Origin: Verrucomicrobiota bacterium
GTDB taxonomy: Bacteria; Verrucomicrobiota; Verrucomicrobiia; Opitutales; JABDGR01
DNA: 64,000 nt
Direction of reading: 5' to 3'
Assembly: GCA_048497935.1 (NCBI GenBank)
Contig: JBEHYY010000017.1
Coordinates: 3,014-67,013 of the forward strand
The notes beneath the pieces are model-generated. The model made no database searches. It was given only the letters and a program-made list of their open reading frames with translations, and was not told the DNA's origin. Numbering within the stretch: the stretch's first letter is position 1; every line of letters begins with the position of its first letter. Shown here piece after piece: positions 30,521-39,525 of this stretch. The translations under genes and the position numbers were made by a program.

Positions 30521-33430
30521 GTGTCGCCCTTTATCGGGAAGCTCCTCGGTTTTTGCTACCGCTGGGCGGTGCTGGTGTGGATCGCGGCCCTCGTGCTCGC
30601 CGGGCTGGGAGCGTATGAAGCGCGCAACCTGAAGCTCAATGTCTCGGCCGAGGGCCTGCTGCCCACGGAAAGCCCGCTGCGCGAGACGTATGAGCAAACC
30701 AAGAAAACCTTTGGTTCGGACTATGTCGTCGGCGTGTACGTGGAGGATCCGGACCTCTTCACCCTGCCGAAGCTGAGGCGGCTGGCGGCGCTGGCGCACA
30801 AGCTGGCGGAACTGCCGGGCGTGGAGCGCACGGAGAATCTGTTTAACATCAGCAATATTGACGGCTCCAGCGGGGCGCTCGTCACCGGGCCGATTCTCGA
30901 CCCGCTGCCGGAGACTTCGGAGGCGCTGGCCAAGGCCAAGGAGCGCGCCCTGCGCAACCCGCTCATCGTCCGCACCCTGATCTCGCCCGACGCCAAGGCC
31001 ACGCTGCTCACCTTGTTCCTCAAACCGGAAGAGGCGCAAAGGGAGGATTTTGACAAAGGCTTTGTCGCGCAGCTGGAGCAATGCGTGAAGGAGAATCAGG
31101 ACGGCTTCCTGAAAAACGAGGACGGCGAGGCGGTGCCGGACAAGAACAAGCAGCCGCTCCGCGAACCGGCGGGCCAGTTTGCCACGGTGTTTCCCATCGG
31201 CTCGGCGGTGATGCACGTGGCGATCTCGAAATATATTTTCCGCGACCAATTGCTACTGCTGCCCCTGGCGTGCACCATCCTGCTGACGCTGCTCGGGCTG
31301 CTGATGCGCAGTGTCCACGGCGTGGTCATCCTGCTAATCAATGCGGTGATTGCGAACTGCTGGACGCTCGGGCTGATGGCGCTGCTGGGCATCCCGCTGA
31401 ATATGCTCAACTACGTGGTGCCGGCGCTGGTGGTGATGATCGGCTCCGGCTCGGACGTGCATTTGATGATCGGCTCCGGGCAGCAACGCGCGCGGGGGTT
31501 GACCGGACTGGAGGCGATTTCCGAAACCGGGCGGCTGATTGGCCTGAGCCTGCTGCTCAACACCGGCAGCACGGTGCTGGGCTTTGCCTCGACGCTGCTG
31601 ACCAACATCAGTGTGCTGCGCGAATTCGGCGCCTCGGCGGCGCTGGCGATCACGCTGCGCTTTGTCACCACGATGTTCGTGGTGCCGGCTTATTTGCGCC
31701 TGGCGGACCGGTGGATCAAGCCGGAGGCCGCCGCCGCCCATGGGCACACCGCCGGCGACGGCTGGTGGGAGCGCTGGCTGATGCGGCCGTACATCAAGCT
31801 CGTCTCGAAGCACCTGATGCACCACCCCCGCTGGGTGATGGCGGCGTGCCTGGGCATCACGGGCGTGGCCCTCATCTTCGCGCGCACGATCCACACGGAC
31901 AACGATTTCGCGGCGTTCCTGCGGGCTGACTCGCCGGTGATGAAGCAGCTCAACACCGTCTCCCAGCGGCTTTCGGGCACGGACATCGTGTACGTCTCAT
32001 TCCGCGGGGAGGAGGGCGAATATTTCCGCCCCCAGCGCCTGAGCCAGTTGCTGAAATTTGAGGCCTTCCTGCGGGAACAACCGGATGTGGACTCCGTGAC
32101 GGGGCTGCCGGATTTTCTCGCCTTGTTCAACCGGGAGTTCAATGACGGCGACCCGGCGATGTACGTCATCCCGGAAAATCCGCTGGCCGTCACGCAGTGC
32201 CTCGGGATGATGCCGCTGGCAGATTTATTGCCCTACATGACAACCGATGGCTCGCAGGTGAACATTGTGCTGCGCAGCAACCTCCACAACACCACGCGGC
32301 TCAATCAATTGGTGGAAAAAATCTCGACCACGCTGAAATCCGGCGCCTTCGGGCCACAGCTATTCACCATCAGCGGCCATGCCGTGCTGGCGGCGGCCTC
32401 GGTGGATGACATTGCCAACGGGCAGGTGGCATCGCTCAGTTCGATGGTGGCCATCCTGGGCGGCATGGTGGCGCTGGTGTTCCTCTCCTGGCGCGCGGCG
32501 CTGGCGGCCATTGCGGCCAACCTGACGCCCATCGCCGTTGTCTTTGCCGTGATGGGGCTCGCGCATGTGCCGCTCAACCTCGGCACGTGCATGATCGCGG
32601 CCATCAGCATCGGCCTGGCGGTGGACAACACCATCAACCTCATGGTGCGGTACCACGACGATCTGCGCCGCACACAGACAGAGGAGCTGGCGCTACACGA
32701 CACCATGGCGGCGGAGTTCAAACCCATCGTGCTTTCGGGGCTGTCGATGGCGGGCGGGTTTCTCGCGCTGTCGGTCTCCAGCTTTGTGCCCATGCAGCAA
32801 TTTGGGCTGTTGAGCGCGCTCGTGATGATCCTGGCCTGTTTTGGGGACCTGGTCGTCACGGCGGCCATGCTGGGCAACAGCCGCATTATCACCGTCTGGG
32901 GCGTGCTCGACTTGAAACTGCGCAAAACGATTGTGAAACAATCGCCGGTGTTTGAAGGCTTCACCAACTGGCAGGCGCGCAAGCTCATCGCGGCATCCAA
33001 CATTGTCGAACATCCGGCGGGGGAAGTGCTGATTCGCGATGGCGAAAGCGGAGACACCATGTTTGTGGTGCTGGAAGGCGAACTGGAAGTGAGCAAGGGC
33101 CGCGGGGCCGCCCGCCTGGAGCTCAACCGCCTGGGTCCCGGGCAGGTGATTGGCGAAGTGGCGCTGATGGCCAAAGTGCAACGCACGGCGGATGTGACCG
33201 CGCTGACGCCGGTGAAACTGCTTTCCTTGAATTGGAAATCGCTGGTTGAGCTGCAACGTTTCAACCCCTATCTGGCGGCCAAACTCAACCTTAACCTGGC
33301 GAAAATCCTCGGCCTGCGCCTGGCGGACACGCTGCGCAAAACCTCCGCCCAGCCCTTCCCCACCGCCAAGAGCACCTCCATCCCTTGGAGCAAGGACACC
33401 AAGCCGCCGCATCAAGCGCCGGGACACTAA
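30521..33430 (+). CDS. MMPL/RND-superfamily exporter fused to a C-terminal cyclic-nucleotide-binding domain
   Basis: Two 6-TM bundles with large periplasmic loops (MMPL architecture). The last ~130 aa (about 32948-33330) read FEGFTNWQARKLIAAS..AGEVLIRDGESGDTMFVVLEGELEV..LGPGQVIGEVALMAKVQRTADVTA, a Crp-type cNMP fold with a GE..A..R(T)A phosphate-binding cassette. GTG start. Confidence 0.75.
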   Translation: MSPFIGKLLGFCYRWAVLVWIAALVLAGLGAYEARNLKLNVSAEGLLPTESPLRETYEQTKKTFGSDYVVGVYVEDPDLFTLPKLRRLAALAHKLAELPGVERTENLFNISNIDGSSGALVTGPILDPLPETSEALAKAKERALRNPLIVRTLISPDAKATLLTLFLKPEEAQREDFDKGFVAQLEQCVKENQDGFLKNEDGEAVPDKNKQPLREPAGQFATVFPIGSAVMHVAISKYIFRDQLLLLPLACTILLTLLGLLMRSVHGVVILLINAVIANCWTLGLMALLGIPLNMLNYVVPALVVMIGSGSDVHLMIGSGQQRARGLTGLEAISETGRLIGLSLLLNTGSTVLGFASTLLTNISVLREFGASAALAITLRFVTTMFVVPAYLRLADRWIKPEAAAAHGHTAGDGWWERWLMRPYIKLVSKHLMHHPRWVMAACLGITGVALIFARTIHTDNDFAAFLRADSPVMKQLNTVSQRLSGTDIVYVSFRGEEGEYFRPQRLSQLLKFEAFLREQPDVDSVTGLPDFLALFNREFNDGDPAMYVIPENPLAVTQCLGMMPLADLLPYMTTDGSQVNIVLRSNLHNTTRLNQLVEKISTTLKSGAFGPQLFTISGHAVLAAASVDDIANGQVASLSSMVAILGGMVALVFLSWRAALAAIAANLTPIAVVFAVMGLAHVPLNLGTCMIAAISIGLAVDNTINLMVRYHDDLRRTQTEELALHDTMAAEFKPIVLSGLSMAGGFLALSVSSFVPMQQFGLLSALVMILACFGDLVVTAAMLGNSRIITVWGVLDLKLRKTIVKQSPVFEGFTNWQARKLIAASNIVEHPAGEVLIRDGESGDTMFVVLEGELEVSKGRGAARLELNRLGPGQVIGEVALMAKVQRTADVTALTPVKLLSLNWKSLVELQRFNPYLAAKLNLNLAKILGLRLADTLRKTSAQPFPTAKSTSIPWSKDTKPPHQAPGH

Positions 33431-36186
33431 GCCTTTTTGGGGGCGAGGGCGTGATGCACCGCGACGCCGAGGGTGTGAATCGTCTGAGGCTTGAGCAAGA
33501 GCTCGCGAATACCCAGCGAGCGCACGTGCTCGGCCGTCAAATAGGGGCTATAGCCCGTGGTGAGGATAATGGGCAAATCCGGCCGGATTTTTAGCAGTTC
33601 GCCTGCGAATTGGACCCCCGTCAGGCCGGGCATGGTCTGGTCGGTGATGACCAAATCAAAGCGGGCGGGCTCGCGGCGCACCCACTCCAGCGCCAGATGG
33701 ACGTCGGTGGTTGCGGTAACCACGTAGCCAAGCTGCTCCAGGGTCTTCTGGCCGAGTTGGGCGAGAGCTTCCTCGTCATCGACGTAAAGGATGGCCGCGC
33801 CCTGGCCAGTGGGGGTCGGGCCATGATGGGCCGCGGGCTGGGCGGCTGAACCGGCATGGGCGGGAAAGTAGAGATGAAAAATCGTGCCTTCGCCCGGTTT
33901 GCTATAAACGGTGATAAGGCCGTCATGGCTTTCCATGATGCCATGCACGACGGAGAGGCCCAGGCCGGTGCCCTCCCCCTTCGGTTTGGTGGTGAAGAAA
34001 GGCTCGAAAATGCGGGCAAGGGTCGCATCGTCCATGCCACTCCCCAAATCCGCCACGGAAGCCCGCACATAGGGGCCGGGGCGCAGGCGCGGGTGTATTT
34101 CCGTGAAATGCGCATCGACGTCAAAGCGCTCGATGCGCACCTCAAGCCGCCCGGGCTTGTCGCGCATGGCGTGCCAGGCATTGGTGCCGAGGTTCATGAA
34201 AATCTGGTGAATCTGGGTGGGGTCGGCGAGGATCAAGGGCAGGCCGGGCTCCTTGACGATCACAAATTCGATGGTGGCGGGAATCGTCGAGCGCAGCAGT
34301 TTGAGGGGCTCATCCACCAATTCAGCCAGGTCCAACGGGCGGCGTTGTTGCTCCTGCTGGCGGCTGAAGGTGAGAATCTGGCGCACCAAGGCGGCGGCGC
34401 GCGTCCCGGCCTGCGCAATCGAGCCGAGATAATCGTACACGGGCGAGCTTTCCCCAACCTTCATGCGGGCCAGCTCGGCATAGCCATTAATGGCGGCGAG
34501 GATATTATTGAAGTCATGCGCGATGCCGCCGGCGAGCGTGCCGATGGCCTCCATCTTTTGCGCCTGGCGAAACTGCTCTTCCAGGCGGCGCTCCTGGGTG
34601 ATGTCCTCGGCGACGCCTACTATGCGGACCACGCGCCCGGCGGCGTCGCGCACGGGAAAGCCACGATCGTGGATCCAGCGGGGCGTGCCATCAACCTGGC
34701 TGATGCGGTAGATTTCGTCGTATTTGCCGGTGCTCGCCATCGCTGACGTGGCGGCCGTAGTGACCCGGGAGCGATCATCGGGGTGAATGGCGGCAATCCA
34801 GCTGTGGGAATCGGCATAGAGACTGGCGCAGGAGCGCCCCCAGACTTTTTCATAGGCGGGGCTGACATAGTAAATATGCGCCATTTGCGGATCGGTGACC
34901 CAGAAAACCTCATTGATGTTTTCCGCAATCTCACGCAGACGTTCGCTGACCTGCTGCAAGGCCTCCTCCTGCCGCTTGCGTTCGGTGATGTCGCGCACGA
35001 CCACGATGACATATTCGCGGTCGATACGAACCAGCTTCATGTTGATTTCAATGGGAAACACGGAGCCGTCCTTGCGCTGGTGGGCGCGCTCGATGATCAT
35101 GGAGCCCTGGCGGCGCAACTGGGCCATAAGGGGAGCCCAATCCGCCTCCCGCACCGAAGGGTCAATGTCGAATACCCGCAGCTGGAGAAACTGCTCGCGG
35201 GTGTAGCCGAGGTCGTCGTGGCCTTTTTGGTTTACGTCCAGGAAGCGGGCGGTGACGGGATCGACGACTTCCAGGACGTCGTCCGACTGGTCAACCAGCG
35301 CGCGGAAGAGAAGGAGTGCCTCGGTATCGCGTTTGCGCGCGGTGACATCCCGGGCGATCTTTGAAGCGCCGATGATGCGGCCGGCGGCGTCCATGAGCGG
35401 CGAGATGGAGAGCGAAACGCTGAGCAGGCTGCCGTCCTTGCGCCGGCGCTCCGTCTCGTAATGCTGGATGTGCTCGCCCTGGCGCAGACGGGTGATGATG
35501 GCCTGTTCCTCCTTGAGGCGGTTGGGCGGGATAATCAGGCTGATATGCTGGCCGATGGCTTCCCCGGCGAGGTAGCCAAACAAGCGTTCAGCGGCATGAT
35601 TCCAACTGGTAATAATGCCCTCGAGCGTTTTGCTGATGATGGCGTCCTCGGAGGACTGCACCACCGCGGCGAGCTGCGAAAGGCTGTCCTCGTGCAGGAG
35701 ACGTTCCGTGGTCTCGCGGATGAAGGCGGTGAAAAATTTTTTCCCGTCCACGTCGGCTTGGGAGATGGTGGCCTCCATGGGGAACTCCTGGCCATCGGCG
35801 CGCAAGCCAGCCAAGGTGCCGAGGTGCCCCATGCCGCGCCGGGAATGGCCGGCATTGCCAAAGGCTTTTACATGGGCGGCGTGGGCCGGGCGAAAACGCG
35901 CGGGGATAAATTGCCCCAGGGGGCGGCCCAGCGCCTGAGCGGCAGGACAACGGAACATTTGCTCCGCCGCAGCGTTGAAAAGCACCACGGTTTGCCGCTC
36001 ATCCACGACGATAATGGCATCCATCGCCGCCGCGATAATGCCGGCAAAGGCCGAGGCTAAGTCTTCCGAAGCAGCGGCGGCAGACTTGCGCAAAGCGATA
36101 CGCCGCGGCTTGGATTTGGCTCGGTGGGAGGGGCTGGTTTTATCGCGAAGAGGACGGGCGGGCTTTTTAGGGGTGAAACGCGGCAT
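33427..36186 (-). CDS. Cytoplasmic multi-PAS hybrid sensor histidine kinase with C-terminal receiver domain
   Basis: No TM segments and several PAS-like repeats. H-box [11 protein letters not shown], ATPase boxes [10 protein letters not shown] and [12 protein letters not shown], receiver [30 protein letters not shown]. Confidence 0.9.
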   Translation of the reverse strand: MPRFTPKKPARPLRDKTSPSHRAKSKPRRIALRKSAAAASEDLASAFAGIIAAAMDAIIVVDERQTVVLFNAAAEQMFRCPAAQALGRPLGQFIPARFRPAHAAHVKAFGNAGHSRRGMGHLGTLAGLRADGQEFPMEATISQADVDGKKFFTAFIRETTERLLHEDSLSQLAAVVQSSEDAIISKTLEGIITSWNHAAERLFGYLAGEAIGQHISLIIPPNRLKEEQAIITRLRQGEHIQHYETERRRKDGSLLSVSLSISPLMDAAGRIIGASKIARDVTARKRDTEALLLFRALVDQSDDVLEVVDPVTARFLDVNQKGHDDLGYTREQFLQLRVFDIDPSVREADWAPLMAQLRRQGSMIIERAHQRKDGSVFPIEINMKLVRIDREYVIVVVRDITERKRQEEALQQVSERLREIAENINEVFWVTDPQMAHIYYVSPAYEKVWGRSCASLYADSHSWIAAIHPDDRSRVTTAATSAMASTGKYDEIYRISQVDGTPRWIHDRGFPVRDAAGRVVRIVGVAEDITQERRLEEQFRQAQKMEAIGTLAGGIAHDFNNILAAINGYAELARMKVGESSPVYDYLGSIAQAGTRAAALVRQILTFSRQQEQQRRPLDLAELVDEPLKLLRSTIPATIEFVIVKEPGLPLILADPTQIHQIFMNLGTNAWHAMRDKPGRLEVRIERFDVDAHFTEIHPRLRPGPYVRASVADLGSGMDDATLARIFEPFFTTKPKGEGTGLGLSVVHGIMESHDGLITVYSKPGEGTIFHLYFPAHAGSAAQPAAHHGPTPTGQGAAILYVDDEEALAQLGQKTLEQLGYVVTATTDVHLALEWVRREPARFDLVITDQTMPGLTGVQFAGELLKIRPDLPIILTTGYSPYLTAEHVRSLGIRELLLKPQTIHTLGVAVHHALAPKKA

Positions 36187-36538
36187 GGATTTGGAACGAA
36201 TATTACAGTTTCATTATTAACTTACGGCCCTCAGAATAAGAAAATCAGAGGGGAATATCGCCCAAATGTTCAAAAAGTAAAGGGGTGTGTTTTTGTGATA
36301 CTTAAACCGTTTGGCTACAGAAAAAAGCGAGTATATATAGGGTTAAAACCCTATCGCATAACCCGAACTGACCTGGGTTTAATCCTCGCCCAAGGGGCGT
36401 TCAAAACGAGGAATTTCAAACCGTTGCATGATGTTGTTTTTCGTTGGTAATCAACAATTATCAACAGTTTTGGATGTTTTTTCAGCGTTGCCCTGTGGCT
36501 GGGTTATGCTAGCTTGGAAAATACGCCGGCACACCATC

Positions 36539-36865
36539 ATGCCCAGCCTTACCGTTACACGCTCCATCTCCTTCGCAACTGATATTTTGCAGGAATTGGA
36601 TAGACGCGCCAAAATGCTTCGTATGCGCCGGTCCGAGTATATCAACCGGCTTTTGGAGGCTGAATTCGGCCTCGCCGTGCGAATTCAGCCCCTCGACGGG
36701 CCCGAGCGCCTGCCGGTGCCCCCGCCGCGGACATTGGTGCAGCCTGCCATTGTGCAAGCTCTGCCGAAGAGCCACGCCGCCGGGTCCCCTGGCGATGGGA
36801 TGGGAAGCGCCCGCAAAGGAAAACGAAAAGCGGCGGCGGCCTATCGCTTGAATTCCCGCCGCTAG
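36539..36865 (+). CDS. Ribbon-helix-helix (CopG-like) domain protein
   Basis: TRSISFATDILQELDRRAKMLRMRRSEYINRLLEAEF fits the beta-alpha-alpha RHH pattern. The C-terminus is Pro-rich and basic. The ATG at 36539 is preferred over 36428. Confidence 0.5.
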   Translation: MPSLTVTRSISFATDILQELDRRAKMLRMRRSEYINRLLEAEFGLAVRIQPLDGPERLPVPPPRTLVQPAIVQALPKSHAAGSPGDGMGSARKGKRKAAAAYRLNSRR

Positions 36866-36875
36866 CGTTGAAAAC

Positions 36876-36951
36876 TGGTGGAGCCGATCGGGCTCGAACC
36901 GACGACCTCCACAATGCCATTGTGGCGCTCTTCCAACTGAGCTACGACCCC
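36876..36951 (-). tRNA. tRNA-Ala (anticodon GGC)
   Basis: The minus strand reads GGGGTCGTAGCTCAGTTGGAAGAGCGCCACAATGGCATTGTGGAGGTCGTCGGTTCGAGCCCGATCGGCTCCACCA. It folds as a cloverleaf with anticodon loop AUGGCAU, the G3:U70 alanine identity pair and an encoded CCA. 76 nt. Confidence 0.92.
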
Positions 36952-36971
36952 AGTTTTCTGTCAAGTGGTTG

Positions 36972-37000
36972 ATTGAATAGAAGCAGCTTGCATTCGTCAA
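36972..37000 (-). promoter_or_regulatory. Candidate sigma-70-type promoter for tRNA-Ala
   Basis: On the minus strand: TTGACG (37000-36995), a 17-nt spacer, then TTCAAT (36977-36972), about 20 nt upstream of the mature tRNA 5' end. Confidence 0.45.
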
Positions 37001-37024
37001 TGGTTTTCGCAGACCATTTATCGT

Positions 37025-37732
37025 ATGTCCAACGCCGCCATTATGTTATGCGCCGGCCGGGCCACGCGGATGCGCGGGGTCGTGGCCGACAAAGTGCTGG
37101 CACCGCTCGCCGGCCGGCCGGTGTTGGAGCATTCCCTGCGGGCCTTCCTGGCAGCGGACATCGTGGGGGCCTATGTTTTTGTCGTGCGTGATGCGACCCA
37201 ACAGGCCGTCATCACCGCCTTGGCGGCGAAGGCCGGCGTGCCACGCGGCAAAATGTATTTCGCCTCCGGCGGGGCCGAGCGGCAAGACTCCGTGTTGAAC
37301 GGCCTGCGCGCCGCGCCGCCCAAAACAGCGGCGGTATTCATCCATGACTGCGCACGGCCGCTGGTGACGCCCGCAGCCCTGCGCGCCTTGGCGGCGGCCG
37401 TGAAAAAAGACCGCGCGGCGGTGCTGGCCCACCGGGTGACAGACACCATCAAGCAAACGCCGACCAGCGCGGGCGCCAAACTGCGCCGGCTGAAGTTGAA
37501 GGATTTGCAGCGCGACCTCCTGTGGGCGATGGAGACGCCGCAGGCCTTTGCGCACACGGTGATTTTAAAGGCCTACGAAAAAGTCCGCGCGAAAAAATGG
37601 CGCATCACGGATGATGTGGCCGCAGCGGCGCTCGCGGGCCAGACGTGCACCCTGGTGGAAAACCCCTCCCCCAACCCGAAGCTCACCCACCCGGAGGATT
37701 TCACGTGGGCGGAGCTGTTGTTGGGGAAGTAG
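37025..37732 (+). CDS. ispD: 2-C-methyl-D-erythritol 4-phosphate cytidylyltransferase
   Basis: AIMLCAGRATRM nucleotide-binding loop, FIHDCARPLV, TDTIK, ETPQAF. 235 aa. Confidence 0.88.
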   Translation: MSNAAIMLCAGRATRMRGVVADKVLAPLAGRPVLEHSLRAFLAADIVGAYVFVVRDATQQAVITALAAKAGVPRGKMYFASGGAERQDSVLNGLRAAPPKTAAVFIHDCARPLVTPAALRALAAAVKKDRAAVLAHRVTDTIKQTPTSAGAKLRRLKLKDLQRDLLWAMETPQAFAHTVILKAYEKVRAKKWRITDDVAAAALAGQTCTLVENPSPNPKLTHPEDFTWAELLLGK

Positions 37733-37745
37733 GGTCGCGAGAGGC

Positions 37746-37967
37746 TCAACCACGGCCCTTTTGCATCTGGTGGACATCCCGAGCGTGCAACGGTTGCCCG
37801 CCAATGGCCCAGTGGCCTTCCTTGACCTCGTCAATCTTGACCCAAGTGACCTGGCGCAGGGCCTCGCCCTCGATGGACACCATGGCGTCGGTGATCTTGG
37901 TGATCATCTGTTTCTTCTGCTCGGGGGTGAACACGTTTTCAATTAATTGCACAGTAATGAGTGGCAT
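37746..37967 (-). CDS. 4-oxalocrotonate tautomerase family protein
   Basis: Begins MPLITVQL (catalytic Pro-1 after Met removal) and is 73 aa, typical tautomerase-superfamily length. The upstream extension to 38030 is rejected. Confidence 0.75.
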   Translation of the reverse strand: MPLITVQLIENVFTPEQKKQMITKITDAMVSIEGEALRQVTWVKIDEVKEGHWAIGGQPLHARDVHQMQKGRG

Positions 37968-38067
37968 GGTCGTTTTTCGGTTGATGATTGATGGATGTTT
38001 CGGGAGGAGCGCTCCCGGGTGAGGCGCCATTCTATCTTAACCCGCGGCGCGCGGCCACGACATAGAA

Positions 38068-38084
38068 TGTAGCATTCCGCTACA
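38068..38084. promoter_or_regulatory. Inverted repeat TGTAGC-N5-GCTACA, candidate operator in the tautomerase/HxlR divergent region
   Basis: TGTAGCattccGCTACA at 38068-38084, with a further TGTAG at 38090-38094. It lies 27 nt upstream of the HxlR-type regulator start codon. Confidence 0.3.
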
Positions 38085-38110
38085 AATTGTGTAGTTTCAC
38101 GCCGCACCGC

Positions 38111-38821
38111 ATGAGCATCCGCTACAGCCAGTTTTGCCCCATTGCCAAAGCCGCCGAAGTCCTCGGTGAGCGCTGGACGATCCTCATCATCCGCGAACTC
38201 CTGCTGGGCAATACACGCTTCAGCGACTTGCAGCGTGCGCTGTCACAAATCTCGCCCACCTTATTGACGAAGCGGCTGGGCCAACTGCAAGACGGCGGGC
38301 TCGTGGTGCGGAAACTCGCACCCAAGGGCGGGCGCGTGGCGTACCATCTCACGGCGGCGGGTCGCGAGCTGCGGCCGGTCATCCTCGGGCTCGGGGAATG
38401 GGGCATGAAGTGGGCGCGCGGCCAGATGAACGACGACGAACTGGACGTGGAGCTGCTGATGTTTGATTTGTGCCGCCGGATTGACGAAGAAAAGCTGCCC
38501 GGCGGGCAAACTGTCGTGGAGTTCGCCTTCCGGGGACTCAAGAAATTTGCGCGCTGGTGGGTTGTGCTCGAGGCAGAGGGCGAACGGGAGCTATGCGTGG
38601 ACAACCCCGGCCTGGCTGCGGATGTGCAAATCCTCACCGACTTGCGCACGCTGACGGAGATTTGGGCGGGGGACACGGAAATCCGCGCGGCGAAAAAAGA
38701 CGGCCGCCTGCAATTGAACGGCGACCCGGCCTTGATCCGCTCACTGCCAGCGTGGCTGCGGATTGGTATGTTTGCCGGTATTCGCCCGGCGAAGTCGGCG
38801 CACAAAAACGATCGGCCCTGA
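38111..38821 (+). CDS. HxlR-family winged-helix transcriptional regulator with an extended C-terminal domain
   Basis: CPIAKAAEVLGERWTILIIRELLLGNTRFSDLQRAL..ISPTLLTKRLGQLQDGGLV is the HxlR signature. About 120 extra C-terminal residues are of unknown role. ATG at 38111. Confidence 0.8.
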   Translation: MSIRYSQFCPIAKAAEVLGERWTILIIRELLLGNTRFSDLQRALSQISPTLLTKRLGQLQDGGLVVRKLAPKGGRVAYHLTAAGRELRPVILGLGEWGMKWARGQMNDDELDVELLMFDLCRRIDEEKLPGGQTVVEFAFRGLKKFARWWVVLEAEGERELCVDNPGLAADVQILTDLRTLTEIWAGDTEIRAAKKDGRLQLNGDPALIRSLPAWLRIGMFAGIRPAKSAHKNDRP

Positions 38822-38832
38822 CCCAAGTTTGC

Positions 38833-39525
38833 CTATTTTCCGGCAACCCCGTCCATTCGGCCGTCCACCAGGTGGACCAGGCGGTCGGCGATGTCGCGGA
38901 TGCGCTCGTCATGGGTGACAAGAACGATGGTGCAGCCGGATTCCTTGGCGAGTTTTTGCAGGAGTTCGACAATTTCATGGCCCGTCTTGCCGTCGAGCGA
39001 GGCGGTGGGCTCGTCAGCCAGAATGATGGATGGTTGATTGACGAGGGCGCGGGCGATGGCCACGCGCTGCTTTTGGCCGCCAGAGAGGTGGCCGGGATGC
39101 TTGTGCGCGTGCTCGGCGATGCCCACGCGCTCGAGCAGCTCCATGGCGCGGGCGCGGGAAGTGGCGCCCGTGTGGCTGGCATCGAAGCTCAAAGGCAGCT
39201 GGACATTTTGCACAACCGTCAGCGCCTCGATGAGGTGGTGCATCTGGAAGATGAATCCGATTTTGCGCCGCAGGCCCACCAAGTCGCGCGGGCGGACGCC
39301 GGCCAGCTCCTGCCCATCAATCACAATGCTGCCCCGCTGCACGGCGCGCTGGCCGCCAATGAGCTTGAGCAAGGTGGTCTTGCCCGAGCCAGAAGGGCCC
39401 ATGATGAGGCAAATCTCCCCGCGGGCGAACTCCGCATTGATGCCATGGAGCACCTCCAGCGTCGCCGAGCCTTCGACAAACGCATGGTGGAGGTCCTTGA
39501 CCTGGATGATAGGCGGCGCCTTCAT
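38833..39525 (-). CDS. devA: ABC exporter ATP-binding subunit, DevA-like
   Basis: Walker A GPSGSGKTTLLKLIGG, signature LSGGQKQRVAIARAL, Walker B IILADEPT, plus RRKIGFIFQMHHLIEALTVVQNV typical of the DevA/MacB group. The start abuts the devC stop (TAAATG). Confidence 0.85.
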   Translation of the reverse strand: MKAPPIIQVKDLHHAFVEGSATLEVLHGINAEFARGEICLIMGPSGSGKTTLLKLIGGQRAVQRGSIVIDGQELAGVRPRDLVGLRRKIGFIFQMHHLIEALTVVQNVQLPLSFDASHTGATSRARAMELLERVGIAEHAHKHPGHLSGGQKQRVAIARALVNQPSIILADEPTASLDGKTGHEIVELLQKLAKESGCTIVLVTHDERIRDIADRLVHLVDGRMDGVAGK

